A stretch of DNA of 37,780 bases from Guillardia theta CCMP2712 (Eukaryota > Protista > Cryptophyta): NCBI RefSeq assembly GCF_000315625.1, contig NW_005434501.1:64313-102092 (forward strand), in the 5' to 3' direction. Below, in pieces: positions 8,937 to 28,052 of this stretch; the first letter of the stretch is position 1, and every line of letters starts with the position of its first letter. Position numbers and translations under genes: made by a program. The notes below the pieces were generated by a model. It did no database searches. It was not told the DNA's origin and saw nothing but the letters and a program-made list of their open reading frames with translations.

Positions 8937-11900
8937 ATGCGCAACTCACAGAAGCAGGAGATCGAGAATGGTGTCTCGCAGCTGCAGGAAATGGGGTTCG
9001 ACGGCGCCTTGTAACATCCTCCTACGTGTCACGCTATGGTTGATGTGGTGCCCCAGGGCAAGAAGGGCGTTGGAAGCCTGTAACGGAGACTTGGAGAATG
9101 CTCTGTATCGGTAGAGCAAGACGAGCTTGTCGTACAGCTGAATTTCATGCTGCAGCCTGACGGAGAGCGACAACAGCTCGTTGAACGTCCTGGCGGACAC
9201 GGCGACATCAGACCGCGGCAGTTACCTAAGGTCATATCTTGGTCTTTGCCATGTTTGTTCCTCATGATGTCTGTAGGGCAACTTCTTCAATTCAGACAGA
9301 GACAGTTGGAAGTCCAAGTGCACCGTCGATGAGGTGAAGACAGCTTGCTTCGTTCCCTTCCTTGTCCCATGCATGTATCCGATGCTTTCCTATGTCCGAG
9401 CTCTTCACCCATTTCTCTCCTCTAATCCACATCCTCCACGCCTAGATATGCCCATGTCCCTTCCCAAGGTTGAAGTCTATCTCTATATGTGCTTCCAAAT
9501 TCAAACCTTTCTATGAGTCTCTGCTGAATTTCCTCACGTTTCCCTTTTCGATTCCACATGTCATAAACTCCTTCGAGTGTTTGGTGCTAAAATTTTTTCT
9601 GCAGTGCGATTCCTTCCAATACTGGTTACACGGCTTATTCAAATCCGATTCTCTCCAATCCAAGCTACTCTAATGAGCCTTCATACTACGGTATTGCTGA
9701 GTTGAAAGGGATGCACATTCTGCTTCTGGGGTTTGAATGGGGAATGTGTTGATTGGATCATAGTGACAATGACTTGACGATGGTAGAAAAGATGACAAAG
9801 ATGATATTGATGATGTTGATGATCACCAGGATGATGATGATGGAGACGATGATGGGGATGAGCAATGACGATCATGATGACCACGACGAAACGATGATGA
9901 CTATGTCTGGCAGAGCCGACCAGAGAAAATCCTGCACAACCCATTTATGCTTCAGAATATGGAATCAAATCGCCTGGCAAGGTCTGTTGAGACTGGTGTT
10001 GAAGTGTCGCAGTCTGAAACATTGAATGAAAGGCAAACAAGGACTCTGATGTTCCCATGGCGACAGTTGTACCTGAGTCAAACTACACGCAATCGAACAC
10101 TGATATTGAAGCTCAACAACTTCGTCAGGTTTCCCTTCGTCTCACTGCTGTTCAGCTTTTGCCTTTTATTTACCATCGTAATTCTCTCTTCTCCCCCAGG
10201 CTCTTGCTCTTTCCCTTCAAGATCAACCCAAGCCAACGGCTCGCTCCTCGAACACGGACATCGGTGAGTTTAGCTTTGAAGTCATGATGACGTGGCAACT
10301 GACGATAGTCTCTGTCAGGATTGAGCACGGAGGAAGAGGAGGTGCGTTCTGATCTACTTGCTCGCAATACCTTGTTCCTGCTTTGATTGCGTTATGGTGA
10401 AGATGGCGCGAGCGATCGAGCAGTCACTGTGCTCAAGCGACCCATCGGCCTACAAGGAGCCAGAGAATCCGCACATGTGAGTTTTGAGGGAGAGTGACCA
10501 GAGATGAAAGGATGGATGAGAGGTAGAGAGAACTAGAAATTAGCCATGAAGGCGCATGAGAAGGAGTGCGGTTGATTTATGTCAAGCCAAGGTCGGGAGA
10601 ACATAGGGTTTAGTAGTGCAGGTATCGAAACTTACTGACTTGACTCATGATAGGCTTTTGAGGAAGGACAACATGGCGGTGGGATTGAAGAATATCGGGA
10701 ACACTTGTTACTTCAACTCCCTGTTACAGGTCTCTCAACCCCTTGTCTCTTGTATGTCCCCAGAATCACTTCTTTTCTGCTATACACACCCCTTTGATTA
10801 TGGCAGGATTTCTTCCCGACTCTGACTTGCTTCTCGTCAGACATACCGCGCTATTCCAGCTTTCCGCCACGCGATTCTTCAGTGTCCTCTCCCTCCTGGG
10901 GAAAAGCGCCCTCCGTCCTCCGTCCCTGTCGCTCTGCCTGCTGATCAGAACCAGCTGGCTGCTGCTAACCCTGTGGCCGCTCAGCCACTTGCCAAAGGGT
11001 CGATTGATGAGAACGACGTGAAGAGAACGGTCGGTGGAGGAAGAAAAGGAGGGAGGGAGCGAAGATGGGGACCGGGAATGGGAACAGCAGACGACTGATG
11101 GCTTGTGTTCTCTCAGACCGTCGAGCTCGTTCGTCAGCTTCAGCGTCTGTTCGCTCAGATGGTGCGAGCTGAAGCTGCTGCTGCTTCCTCTCTGAGCCTG
11201 CCCTGCAGGAGATCAGCGACAGAAGGTTCGTCGACCCCTCCCTTGTCATGCAGAACCTGCTGGACTCGTCAGGAGATCCCGTCCAAGTAAGAATGCATCG
11301 AATCTAGAGAGAGACGAGGAGGGGGAAAGGGAGGGAGGCGATGAGGGCGGTGAAGGCAATACAAGGAGGGAGAAGAGCTGCTCCTGACGATGAGCAACTC
11401 AGGTTGGAAACCAGCAAGATGTCAGCGAGTTCAACCATATCTTCCTGCAGAGGGTCGAAGAAGGTTTGCAATGGCGTCAAAGGTGACGTGTTGGTTGAAT
11501 TTTGACTTCAGGTCTCAACTTCGCTTCCAATGGACAAGCAACTGAGACCAACACTATCATCAAGGTTGCAGTTGGTATGACAAGCGGGAGAACTTAAGCT
11601 TGTAAACCAAGGGGATCTTCGAAGGAAAGATGCTTCAAGAAGTGCTCACAAAGGACGAGAAGACAAGTGACTCGAATGAAACTGTGAGCTTGATTCTTTG
11701 CCATGTTTACTGGGATTCTCGCAATGTTTTCTTGACTTGTGTCAATCCGGGATGAATGATCTCGGAGGGATGTTGTCACTTGATTGGGGAGTTAGGCAGA
11801 GACTCGATGTTTCTTCAGGATTGTATACTTGTTCGAATCCGAACCTGCTGTCAACATTTTCTACGATTGATTGATGTCTTTGTATCCCCGCAGGTCATCT

Positions 11901-14900
11901 CGTCCTCGTCCTGTGAGTTCCACGAGCTAATTCTGGTCAGCCAGCTCCTTGCTTGCAAACGTGCTGACGTCATGATCGCAAGGACATCTCACGTGGGGAC
12001 CTTCATGGAGCTCTAGAAGATTATGTGGAGGCGCAAGTGAGACAGTTGGGCATGTGGCGGATGCGGAGAATCTGACGAGATGGCAAGGTCGATGATTATC
12101 ACGGAGAATGCTCGCAAGGGAATCAGGTAAAGTGCCGAGTGGGGCAGAAGAACAGAGAGTTTTGACTTAGCGACTGAAGAAAATCGTCAAGAATGTCTGG
12201 ATCGAGAAGTTCCCCCCCGTCCTGACATTTCAGTTACAAGTTGGAACATCCTCTCATCTCATCTTTGACTCGTTGACGCACGTGATCTCAGAGAGTCTCG
12301 TATGACAAAGATATTCAAGCTCCAGTGAAGGTGAAACCCTTGGGGTGTTGCTGCTTGTGATGTTGTTGCAGGTGAACGATCGTTTTACCTTCCCCAACGA
12401 GCTCTTTATGGATCGCTACCTTCTCGCGCACAAGTGAGCCCCGTTAGACTCTCTGGAACGCTGCTGACGACCTGACGAAGAACGAAATTGATGCCCCGAA
12501 GAATTAAGAGAAACGGTGAGATGATGGAGGAAGAGCAGGGGCAGGGGCAGGGGCAGGAGGAGGTAATGCAGGTGGTGGTATCGAAGGAGCAGAAGGAGGG
12601 AAGGAGGCAGCCGTTAGCAGATCAAAGATAGAGACGGGAAGCTGAGGGCGAGAGGAAGAAAACTGGAGAAAGCAGGGGCTGGAACGACAGATGACTGAAA
12701 TCCCAGAACTTCGACACAAGTTCGACCATCTCAATCAGAAGCTGCAGCACCTCCTGGTACTCCCCCTCCCTCCTCTCACATCCTCTGACTTGCCATCGTT
12801 AGCATTTCTCTTCCACGGGACTTGAGCGGACGGACGTGGCAGCGGACGAGTATCTCAGAGGCGCCATGGCGTTTTTGAAGGAGCGGAGCGAAGGAGGGGG
12901 CCTCGAGAAAGTCGATCACGTGCTTGAAATGCTTAGCTCTCTGACCTCTCAGGTTCCAACTGCATGTCTCGTACTCCTCGTGCTCTTGACTTGTACTCCT
13001 CGTGCTCTTGACTTGTACTCCTCGTGCTCTTGACTTGTACACGTCGACGAGTGTCGAACTTGTCCTTCCTTGCTCCTCCTTTCATTCTGCTTGAACCCTC
13101 CTTCCCCTCTCTCCCTTCTCTCTTCCCGCCCCTTCCTCTGGCTCCTCTTCCCGCCTTCTCTCTTCCCGCCCCTTCCTCTGGCTCCTCTTCCCGCATTCTC
13201 TCTTTCCGTTCCTTTCTCCGGCTCCTCTCTCCATTCTCTGTTCCCTTCTCGCCTTCTGCTCTTCCTCCTCTCTTCGCTTTCTCCGTCACCCCCTTTTGCC
13301 GATTGTTGTCAAGCAATGACATTTTCGGAAAGGTCAAAGGCGAGACACAAATTTTGCAGACGCAGCTGCAGGACATTCAAAAGCAGATTGATCTTCTTTT
13401 CGCTGAGTTTAACTCAGATCGGTTGTTGCTATGATGTCTACTAAGGAAAAGAAGTGATCTCCTTTCAGATATTCTTTATTTGCTGTTCTTGTACATGATG
13501 GGCTGGCGGGAAGTGGGTGAGATGAGATGCAGTGTTTTCTGGTTGCTTGTTGCTGAAAGGATTTCTAGACATTATTGGGTTTATATCAAGAGACAAGACG
13601 GATGGCTGAAGTACAGGTGACCATGATGTCGCAAATGTGATTTAGTAGAGATGATGTCTGAGCTGTTGGAGATGATTCCGTCTCTAGTTTTTGGAGATCA
13701 TCTCCATTCGTTTCTGTCTCCTGCCTGCAGTCAACATGTTACAAGTTGATTCTGATGTTGTTGCAGCGACGCGGAGGTCGCGTCAGTGGAAGAGAAGGAA
13801 GTCTGGGAGATGAGGTGCGCAGCCCCTCGTTGTTCTCGTGCATGACCAGCAGCGAGCAGTGAGGGGGGCAAGAAGAATGCGTCAGCATACTGCTTGATGT
13901 ACAGGAGGGACAAGGAAGATGTGAGTGCTGGTACAGCCGCGGCGGCGATCGACTGTGACAGTGCGATCGACAGGGGAAGTTCTCGATTCATCTCCCCGAC
14001 CTACTGCGGTCAGAGGTGGAAGACGACAACAGAAGGCTGAAGGAGGAGGTGAAGGCAGGAGGAGGCTGCCCTGTCGAACTTGACGGCCTGAGAAGATGCG
14101 GAACTGGGATCGGAGAACGTCGCTCATGAGATTCGAAGCCGCTCTGAATGAGAAGATGCAGGAGGTGAACGTGGAGGACTGTGAGGCAAGGCACGAGTGG
14201 CTGATTCTTGGAACAGATTAAGGTCATCAACAGAGATGTTGTGAAGGACAAGGAGGGGATGAATTGGTACTCGTTCGAAGCTTTCCTTGACAGGCTCCAG
14301 GTTCTGAAAGTTACAAAAATCCTTTCACATTCACGTCTTGATCCTTGCCTGCTTGCTGTTTCTTTGCATGCCGTCCACTCCCTGCTTCCTCTCACGGACT
14401 TTCGAGTCCTGAACCTGGTGACGTTAGAAGCCGGATCTCTGCAAGTATCTGATTGCCACGGGTACCATCCCACAAGTCTTTGCATCGAAAGAGTTGGACG
14501 ACAACGAGACGAGGGTAAGGGGGAGGTAGCCGTGGGCCAGCCTCAGACTAGACGCAGACCATGTTTGAATCGAAGTTCCATGACACCCTTGTCATAAATC
14601 CGACAGATCAGGCTTTTCTGGGTAATACTCCAAATTCCCACTCTTCTCGTCATTACCCCTTATCTTGGATTTGTTCTCTTTTCTCTTGATATATTATACC
14701 CGTTTCCTCTCCCTCTCCCTCTCCCTCTCCTCTCCCCGCCTTCTTCTCTTCACGTCTCGCCCCTCCTCTTTTGTATCCAACTTCTTCTCCTTCGCAACTC
14801 GCCTGAATCACACTGATGTCGTGTTATCTATCTCTAGATAAAGCCAGGGAAGTATACTGTGAGTTCTTGTCGATATCGAGGTCAGAATATTTGCTCCTCC

Positions 14901-16483
14901 TCCCTCCCTCCTTCTTTCTCTCCCTCCTTCTCCCTTGCTTCCTCTCCCCTGATCTTCATGTTCACCATCTCCTCCCTCCTGCTCCCCATCTTTCAATACC
15001 ACAGCATTGCTCAACAAGTTTCAGAGCGATCTCGGCGGCAGACAAGTGTATCAGCAGTCAGGACATGGAGCAATGCGTTCTGCTGCTATGTGGGGCTTAC
15101 GAGCTGCAGGTAAAATGATGATTTTGACATCCTTTCTTGGGATTATCATCATCATCATTATCATCATCATCATCATCATCATCGTCGTCGTCGTTGTCGT
15201 CGTCGTCGTCATCATTACCAACCATGATGTCGTTTTGACTTTCGAATCATGATAATCTGATGTGCATCAAGACATACTCCACCACAGGCATGTCATCACC
15301 ACCAGACGCACCGTCAAAGTCATCAATATCACGCAGCTTCTGACCTGCTCTCAACCATCTCTGCAGAAAAGCCTTGAGGGGGATCTTGAACGTGCCGCGA
15401 GTTTCGATGCCGAGGTGCTTGACAGGCTGACAGCGGTGCGTCTACTCCCTCTTCACCCTCTCTTCTCGTCCTCTTCGTCCCTATCTCTGAGTTCGTGAAC
15501 CTTCTCACCTTGAACCCCCGGTCTCCTTCCCCACCTTCCCTCCTTTGGTCGTTTCCTCCTCGTACCCAATTGTCACTTTGACTTACATCTCTCATTCTCG
15601 TGCTTGCTCGGCCCTCTTATTGTGCCTTGTGTCGCGCAGGTTCAAAACCTCTTCCTGGAGATGTTGGAGGTTGGACTTGCGGATCAATCGCAGACGGTCT
15701 CTCCTTTCTCCTTTTCTGTCGCTCTTATCGCTTGCTCACGCCCTCCAGCAGCTCAACGTCAGTCTCCTCCTCGCCCTCACCTTCAAGATACTTCAGCACA
15801 ACACGCCGGTACTGCTTGGCGGGCGATCGCTAGGTGTGACAGTGAGCAGCAGCGAGTCAGTCACGATGTTGTGACTAACTCGTTCTCACGATGGAAGCGT
15901 TGCGTGAGCAAGAAGCAGGTGCGGAAGACCCCGTTCATCCACCCCGCAAAGTTGTAGCAGTCCAGTCCTGACTTCCCTCGTACTTGTCAGGATGCGTCGA
16001 GTGCGACGGGCGTCGAGGAGCTGCTGATGGTGCAGCGTTGACACCATTGCCCTCTCGATCACTCAAGTGCACGGGCAGGGAGCGGCCGACTGTTGGAAAG
16101 ATGTGACGTTTCCAAACTACAGGCTGAACCCGGTGAGGGAGGTTTGAGGAGGGAGACCGGGCAGGAGACGGAGGAAGGAGACAGCGGGAGAATGATGACT
16201 CCTGTCAGGTGTTGTGGGACGAGGCAGCTGGTGTGATGCAGAGTATCGTGGGGACCCGTCGGTCGCTCTGCCAGCAATCCAATGATAGGTGGAGGACGAA
16301 CAACACTTGCTCTTCCTGATTGACCGCTCCCAAGGTTCGAGTACCCTCCAGTCTCCGTCCTCTACCGCTCGCCCAGCAGCAGCAGGTACTGCGTGCCTCA
16401 TGTCATGCGCCTTCTTGACGGGAGTTTGTGCCTGCAGGCTGCTGGAGGGCGACCTGATGGAGGTCGAGCCGAGCTCAGCATGA
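8937..16483 (+). CDS. Ubiquitin-specific protease (peptidase C19) with N-terminal UBA and UIM, USP25/USP28-like; many exons
   Basis: ATG 8937: spliced UBA (LQEMGFDGALARRALEACNGDLENAL); UIM (EEE|MARAIEQSL, ~10330-10430); Cys box VGLKNIGNTCYFNSLLQ (~10678-10729); GNQQDVSEF (~11405); PPVLTFQLQ|RV; His box YSLFAVLVHDGLAGSG|HYWVYIK (~13470-13590); SAYCLMY (~13880). Putative last exon ends ...MEVEPSSA* at 16483; C-terminal exon structure less certain. Confidence 0.88.
12971..13040. repeat. Intronic 22-nt tandem repeat x3
   Basis: GTACTCCTCGTGCTCTTGACTT three times plus a partial copy. Confidence 0.9.
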
Positions 16484-16859
16484 TATGAAGATGTAGTCTA
16501 CGTAGACCGAACCAGGCTCCCTTCCTGCTCCTTCAGCCCCCGGCAACGTCTCCCCCTCCCCCTCCTCCTCTCCTGCCTTTGTCCCCGTTCGGTTCGCTCC
16601 CCAGCATGGCGACCCCAGCGGTTGCCTCAGCAGTGGCATCCCGGGCCGGGCCGGGCGGAGGCGAGTAGCCGTTTAAGTCACCAAATTACTTAATCAGATT
16701 TCAAAATTTCACCGAACTTTCAATGTCAAGTTCTGAAATTTGACCCAAACTGCGCTTTCGCAGGAGTACACTCAGTCATTAGTTCGAAATTTCATGGATA
16801 AATTTCAAATATCTGATGAGTAATTCAGAATTGAATTGACCGTTATGCTTCACCAAGCA

Positions 16860-17325
16860 GTGATCCCTGAAAAAGGGGTAGGGTTCTTTCAGTGACTACC
16901 CCACCAATAAAATGACCTGGATAAGTACTAAAAGGAAGGGGTGTTTTGAATAGAGTGCCTAAAAGTGAACAACTGAGTAGGGTAGGGTACTACATTGATT
17001 TATTGACAAGCATGGGTGGATGTGTCCCTCAAAAGTGTAACAGTCAGGAGCTTGGTGAGGGGTAGTGGCCAGTCAATTGAGGGGTGGTAGGGGTCGTCAA
17101 ACTGGGCTATGGGATCCGGTCATTATGCACTGACGGAAGGTGTTGGCGGGAAGTGTTCGAAGGGAAGGATGGGTAGGTCGTAGGGTCATGTAGATTAGGG
17201 GGTAGGGGTGATGTCTCGGACCCAAACTTTCCCCTGAAAACCAACGAGAAGGGGGGTGCTCTCGCCCTCTGGTCTGATGTAGGGGTAGATGATGCAATTG
17301 GAATTAGAGGGTAGGGGTGGAGGTC
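16860..17325. promoter_or_regulatory. GGGGTA/GGGTAG-rich intergenic block upstream of the NHL gene
   Basis: Dense GGGTAG(GG) motifs, including GGTAGGGTAC at 16981; no credible ORF. Confidence 0.4.
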
Positions 17326-17798
17326 ACTTGGTCCGCATGGCAGTCCACCCCGTCGCATGAGGACGATAGTGCAACAGGAGCAGGAGGAGCAGGAAGAGCT
17401 CAAACAGGAGGAAGCTCAAAAAAACAGGGAGAGATAGTTGTAGGATGAGGAGGATCATTCAGTGATCAAGCATAGATAATCGAGGCTTCAAGGAGATATA
17501 GAATTCGCGCCGTCTTTCCACCAGGAGACTGTTGATGACTGTGTGCTGATTGCCTGCCATGGCTCCCAGTATCGAAACTTTCATCATTAGACTACAAGGA
17601 GGTCACAAACAAGAGACACAGGACAAGACTCTACTAAAGCAGCCAGATAAGACATGTTCAAGTCGTTTTCGCAGAAGTTTTGTGGCCAGGATGTTGCTTG
17701 AACATGATCGACAGTGATTAGATTTCGTCTGGAGTGAAGCATTTTGTCTAGTCTCAGCTCATTCTGCACTTTTGGTCCTTCGTAACTCTCAAGAGCAG

Positions 17799-25352
<7,554 letters not shown>

Positions 25353-26257
25353 TGGATGAAGCTGAACGAATGAAGCAGAGGAGGAGGAGGAGGAGGAGGC
25401 AAGAAGGAAGCTGACGAAAGAAATGAGGATGGATCGGAAGGGAGGAGGAAGGGATTCCCTGGGAACAGTGAAAGGATGGAATTGCGAATGTGTTTGTGTT
25501 TGTATTTGTGTTGTTGGAATAATAAGTACTCCCAGGCTCCTTGCTAATTTGAGTTCAAAGGACCTTTGAAGGTCTGAATCCAACGTACAGGTGGTTGGGG
25601 GATGGAACCTTGAGACCAGCCCTCGCGTTCCCTTCCTCCCTGCCATTCGCTCCTGTCACGCTACTGCCTGCCTATCCTCTTGCTTCTCCATGTTGCTCTC
25701 CTGTGCGGGGGCGGTACGAGAACAGCCACTGAACTCCTTGCTCACCCTCCTGCTCCGTCGTTGTCGAGTCTACTGCATATAGTTCTTTGATTCATATCAA
25801 ATACAAACACTTCTTCATAAATGATGCCCAGCAACGAAATGACTGACACGATCACTACTGAAGTTGGATGTGAGTCAAGGTGAAGAACTAATCGACTCAA
25901 TGTGACTTCAGATTCAATGAAGCCTTTTGTCTTCAGATGGTGATATTTGGTTTTGCTGTATCATCATCTTCTTTTCAGACGGTGTAATAGTTTCACTCAT
26001 GTTCTGCCAGATTCAGCTGGCTCGCGCTCCCGTGCCTCGGCAGCAGGCCCTCGACACAGACGATGGTGTCCGTCAGTGAGCTGCGGATCATGCCGAGGCT
26101 GGTCTTGGACGTTCCCACGGGACATAGGAGAAAGAGGTGAAGTGTGCTGGGAATGTTGTAACTTGTGGCTGGTGAGAATGACCAGATTGTTCAAGACAGT
26201 GATTCAGGTTTTGTAATGAACAAAGAACGAAATGAGCCAATACATTGCAGCCAACCT

Positions 26258-26378
26258 CCTCGCTCCCTCCCTCGCTCCCTCGCTCCCTCCCTCGCTCCCT
26301 CGCTCCCTCGCTCCCTCGCTCCCTCCCTCGCTCCCTCCCTCGCTCCCGGGAGGGCCTCCCTCGCTCCCTCGCTCCCTC
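26258..26378. repeat. (CTCGCTCC/CTCC)n microsatellite abutting the assembly gap
   Basis: Direct inspection. Confidence 0.9.
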
Positions 26379-26478
26379 NNNNNNNNNNNNNNNNNNNNNN
26401 NNNNNNNNNNNNNNNNNNNNNNNNNNNNNNNNNNNNNNNNNNNNNNNNNNNNNNNNNNNNNNNNNNNNNNNNNNNNNN
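26379..26478. other. Assembly gap (100 N)
   Basis: Run of n. Confidence 0.99.
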
Positions 26479-26577
26479 AGAGGAGGAGGAGGAGGAGGAG
26501 GACAATGACGATGACGAAGAGGAAAGAGGAAGCATGAATTTATCGGTCTGTCTCACAGAGTTGTGTCAGAAACTCGT

Positions 26578-27899
26578 ATGGAGGAAGAGGCGGATCAATC
26601 GTCGATAGCTCTGCTGAGGCAGCAGGTGAAGGTGGCAGATCTCGAGAGGAGGCAAGAAGAGCTAGAAGTCATCAGGGTCGTGAAAGAGATCGAGTCGCTA
26701 CACGAGGTCATGAGGCAGCGACTGGAGCAACACTTGCGCTACAAGGAGAAGTATGAGGAGGACAAAAGAAGGCAAGAACAACCATTGAACCTCCTCATCT
26801 CTCTTCTCTCTTCTCTCTTCTCTCTTCTTCATGTCCTGTCCTGTCCTGTCCTGTCCAACTCTCTCCTCTCCTCCTCTCCTTCTCCTCTCTTCCTCCTTTC
26901 CTCTCCTCTCATCCTTCTCGTGCTGTCGCAGATACCTTGACCTCGTTCATTCATGTGAGCAAGAAGCAGCGAAGCAGCCAAGACTCAAGGCATCTCGTTC
27001 AACTCCTTCCTCTCGCTCAACGTCTGGGCCCGTTCACACGAGGATGGTTGGCCAGGAGGAGGAGGAGGGAGGAGGAGGAGGAGGAGGTCGACGCGCTCGG
27101 ACACCTCTGACAGGATCGCGCCATGACGAGGAGGACGAGCATGTTGCCATGCACGTATCGACCATGACGATGGAGGAGGGACGTCGGCGAGAGGAGGTTG
27201 GGAAGGGACTAGGTTTGCGAGCCTTGGCCCTGATTGTTCCATGGCAGTTGACCGAGGAGACTGCTGAATGGTTTCAGCCTTGTTCCTCTGAGCTTCTTAC
27301 CCTCCTCCTTCTTCCCTGCCTCCTCCTCTCCTTCCTCTCCTCCCTTCAGCCTCCCCGCCTGTCTCTCTTGAACCCTCTCCCCCTTCCCTCAGATCTGCTG
27401 ACGTCCCCGTCCTCTTCAGCTTGCCCGACGACGTGATGCTGTACATGCTCACCTTCCTGCATGACGCCGGGCTGCGAGGAGAAGGTGCTTGTGCTTACCT
27501 GCAGCCATGGGAGGAGCTGACCGGTCATGGCAGACTTAATCGAGCAATCCATCAGGGTAGGAGCGACGACATCTCCGTCCTCGATCTCTCTCTGTCTCTC
27601 TTCCCTCCCTCCCTCCCTCCCTCCCGCCCTCCCTTTGCCTCTCTCCCTCTCTCCTCTCCTCCTTGCTGACGTGGTTGACAACAGCAACTTCCCATTCCTC
27701 CGGAGTCAGAGCATCTCGTGAGGAGGAGAATGGCGCAGCTGATTATGAGGCTGTAAAGGAGACGAGGGAGCAAGGATCAACCATTACCTTCACCCATCCA
27801 CGTTGCATTTTTAGGAAGCATCAAACACAGATGTCTGAACTGAGAAGAATCATGATGAAAATCAACTATTACCTTCACCCATCCACGTTGCATTTTTAG
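26578..27899 (+). CDS. Coiled-coil protein with a C-terminal F-box-like motif (multi-exon; both ends uncertain)
   Basis: MEEEADQSSIALLRQQVKVADLERRQEELEVIRVVKEIESLHEVMRQRLEQHL coiled coil; spliced ETAE|CLPDDVMLYMLTFL resembles the F-box LPxExxxxIxxFL pattern. Stop at 27721 or 27899 depending on the last splice. Confidence 0.5.
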
Positions 27900-27945
27900 G
27901 AAGCATCAAACACAGATGTCTGAACTGAGAAGAATCATGATGAAA
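27783..27945. repeat. Perfect direct duplication of ~78 nt (period 85)
   Basis: ATTACCTTCACCCATCCACG...GAATCATGATGAAA at 27783-27860 and 27868-27945. Confidence 0.93.
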
Positions 27946-28052
27946 CAATCCCATTCTCAAAAATTTTCAACTCTGTCAATTTCAATTCTGTCAAGGAAAA
28001 TGTCTATTCTGACAATAAAGAACTTTAATCTGATAAGAAAGAAGAAATCCCC

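Noticed and set aside
8946-9265. Minus-strand ORFs
   Set aside because: Antisense shadows of the + strand UBA exons of the USP gene.
9681-10025. Met-rich and His-rich ORFs
   Set aside because: Degenerate ATG/GAT repeat inside a long USP intron.
12971-13040. CRISPR-like repeat
   Set aside because: Head-to-tail tandem without spacers, in a eukaryotic intron.
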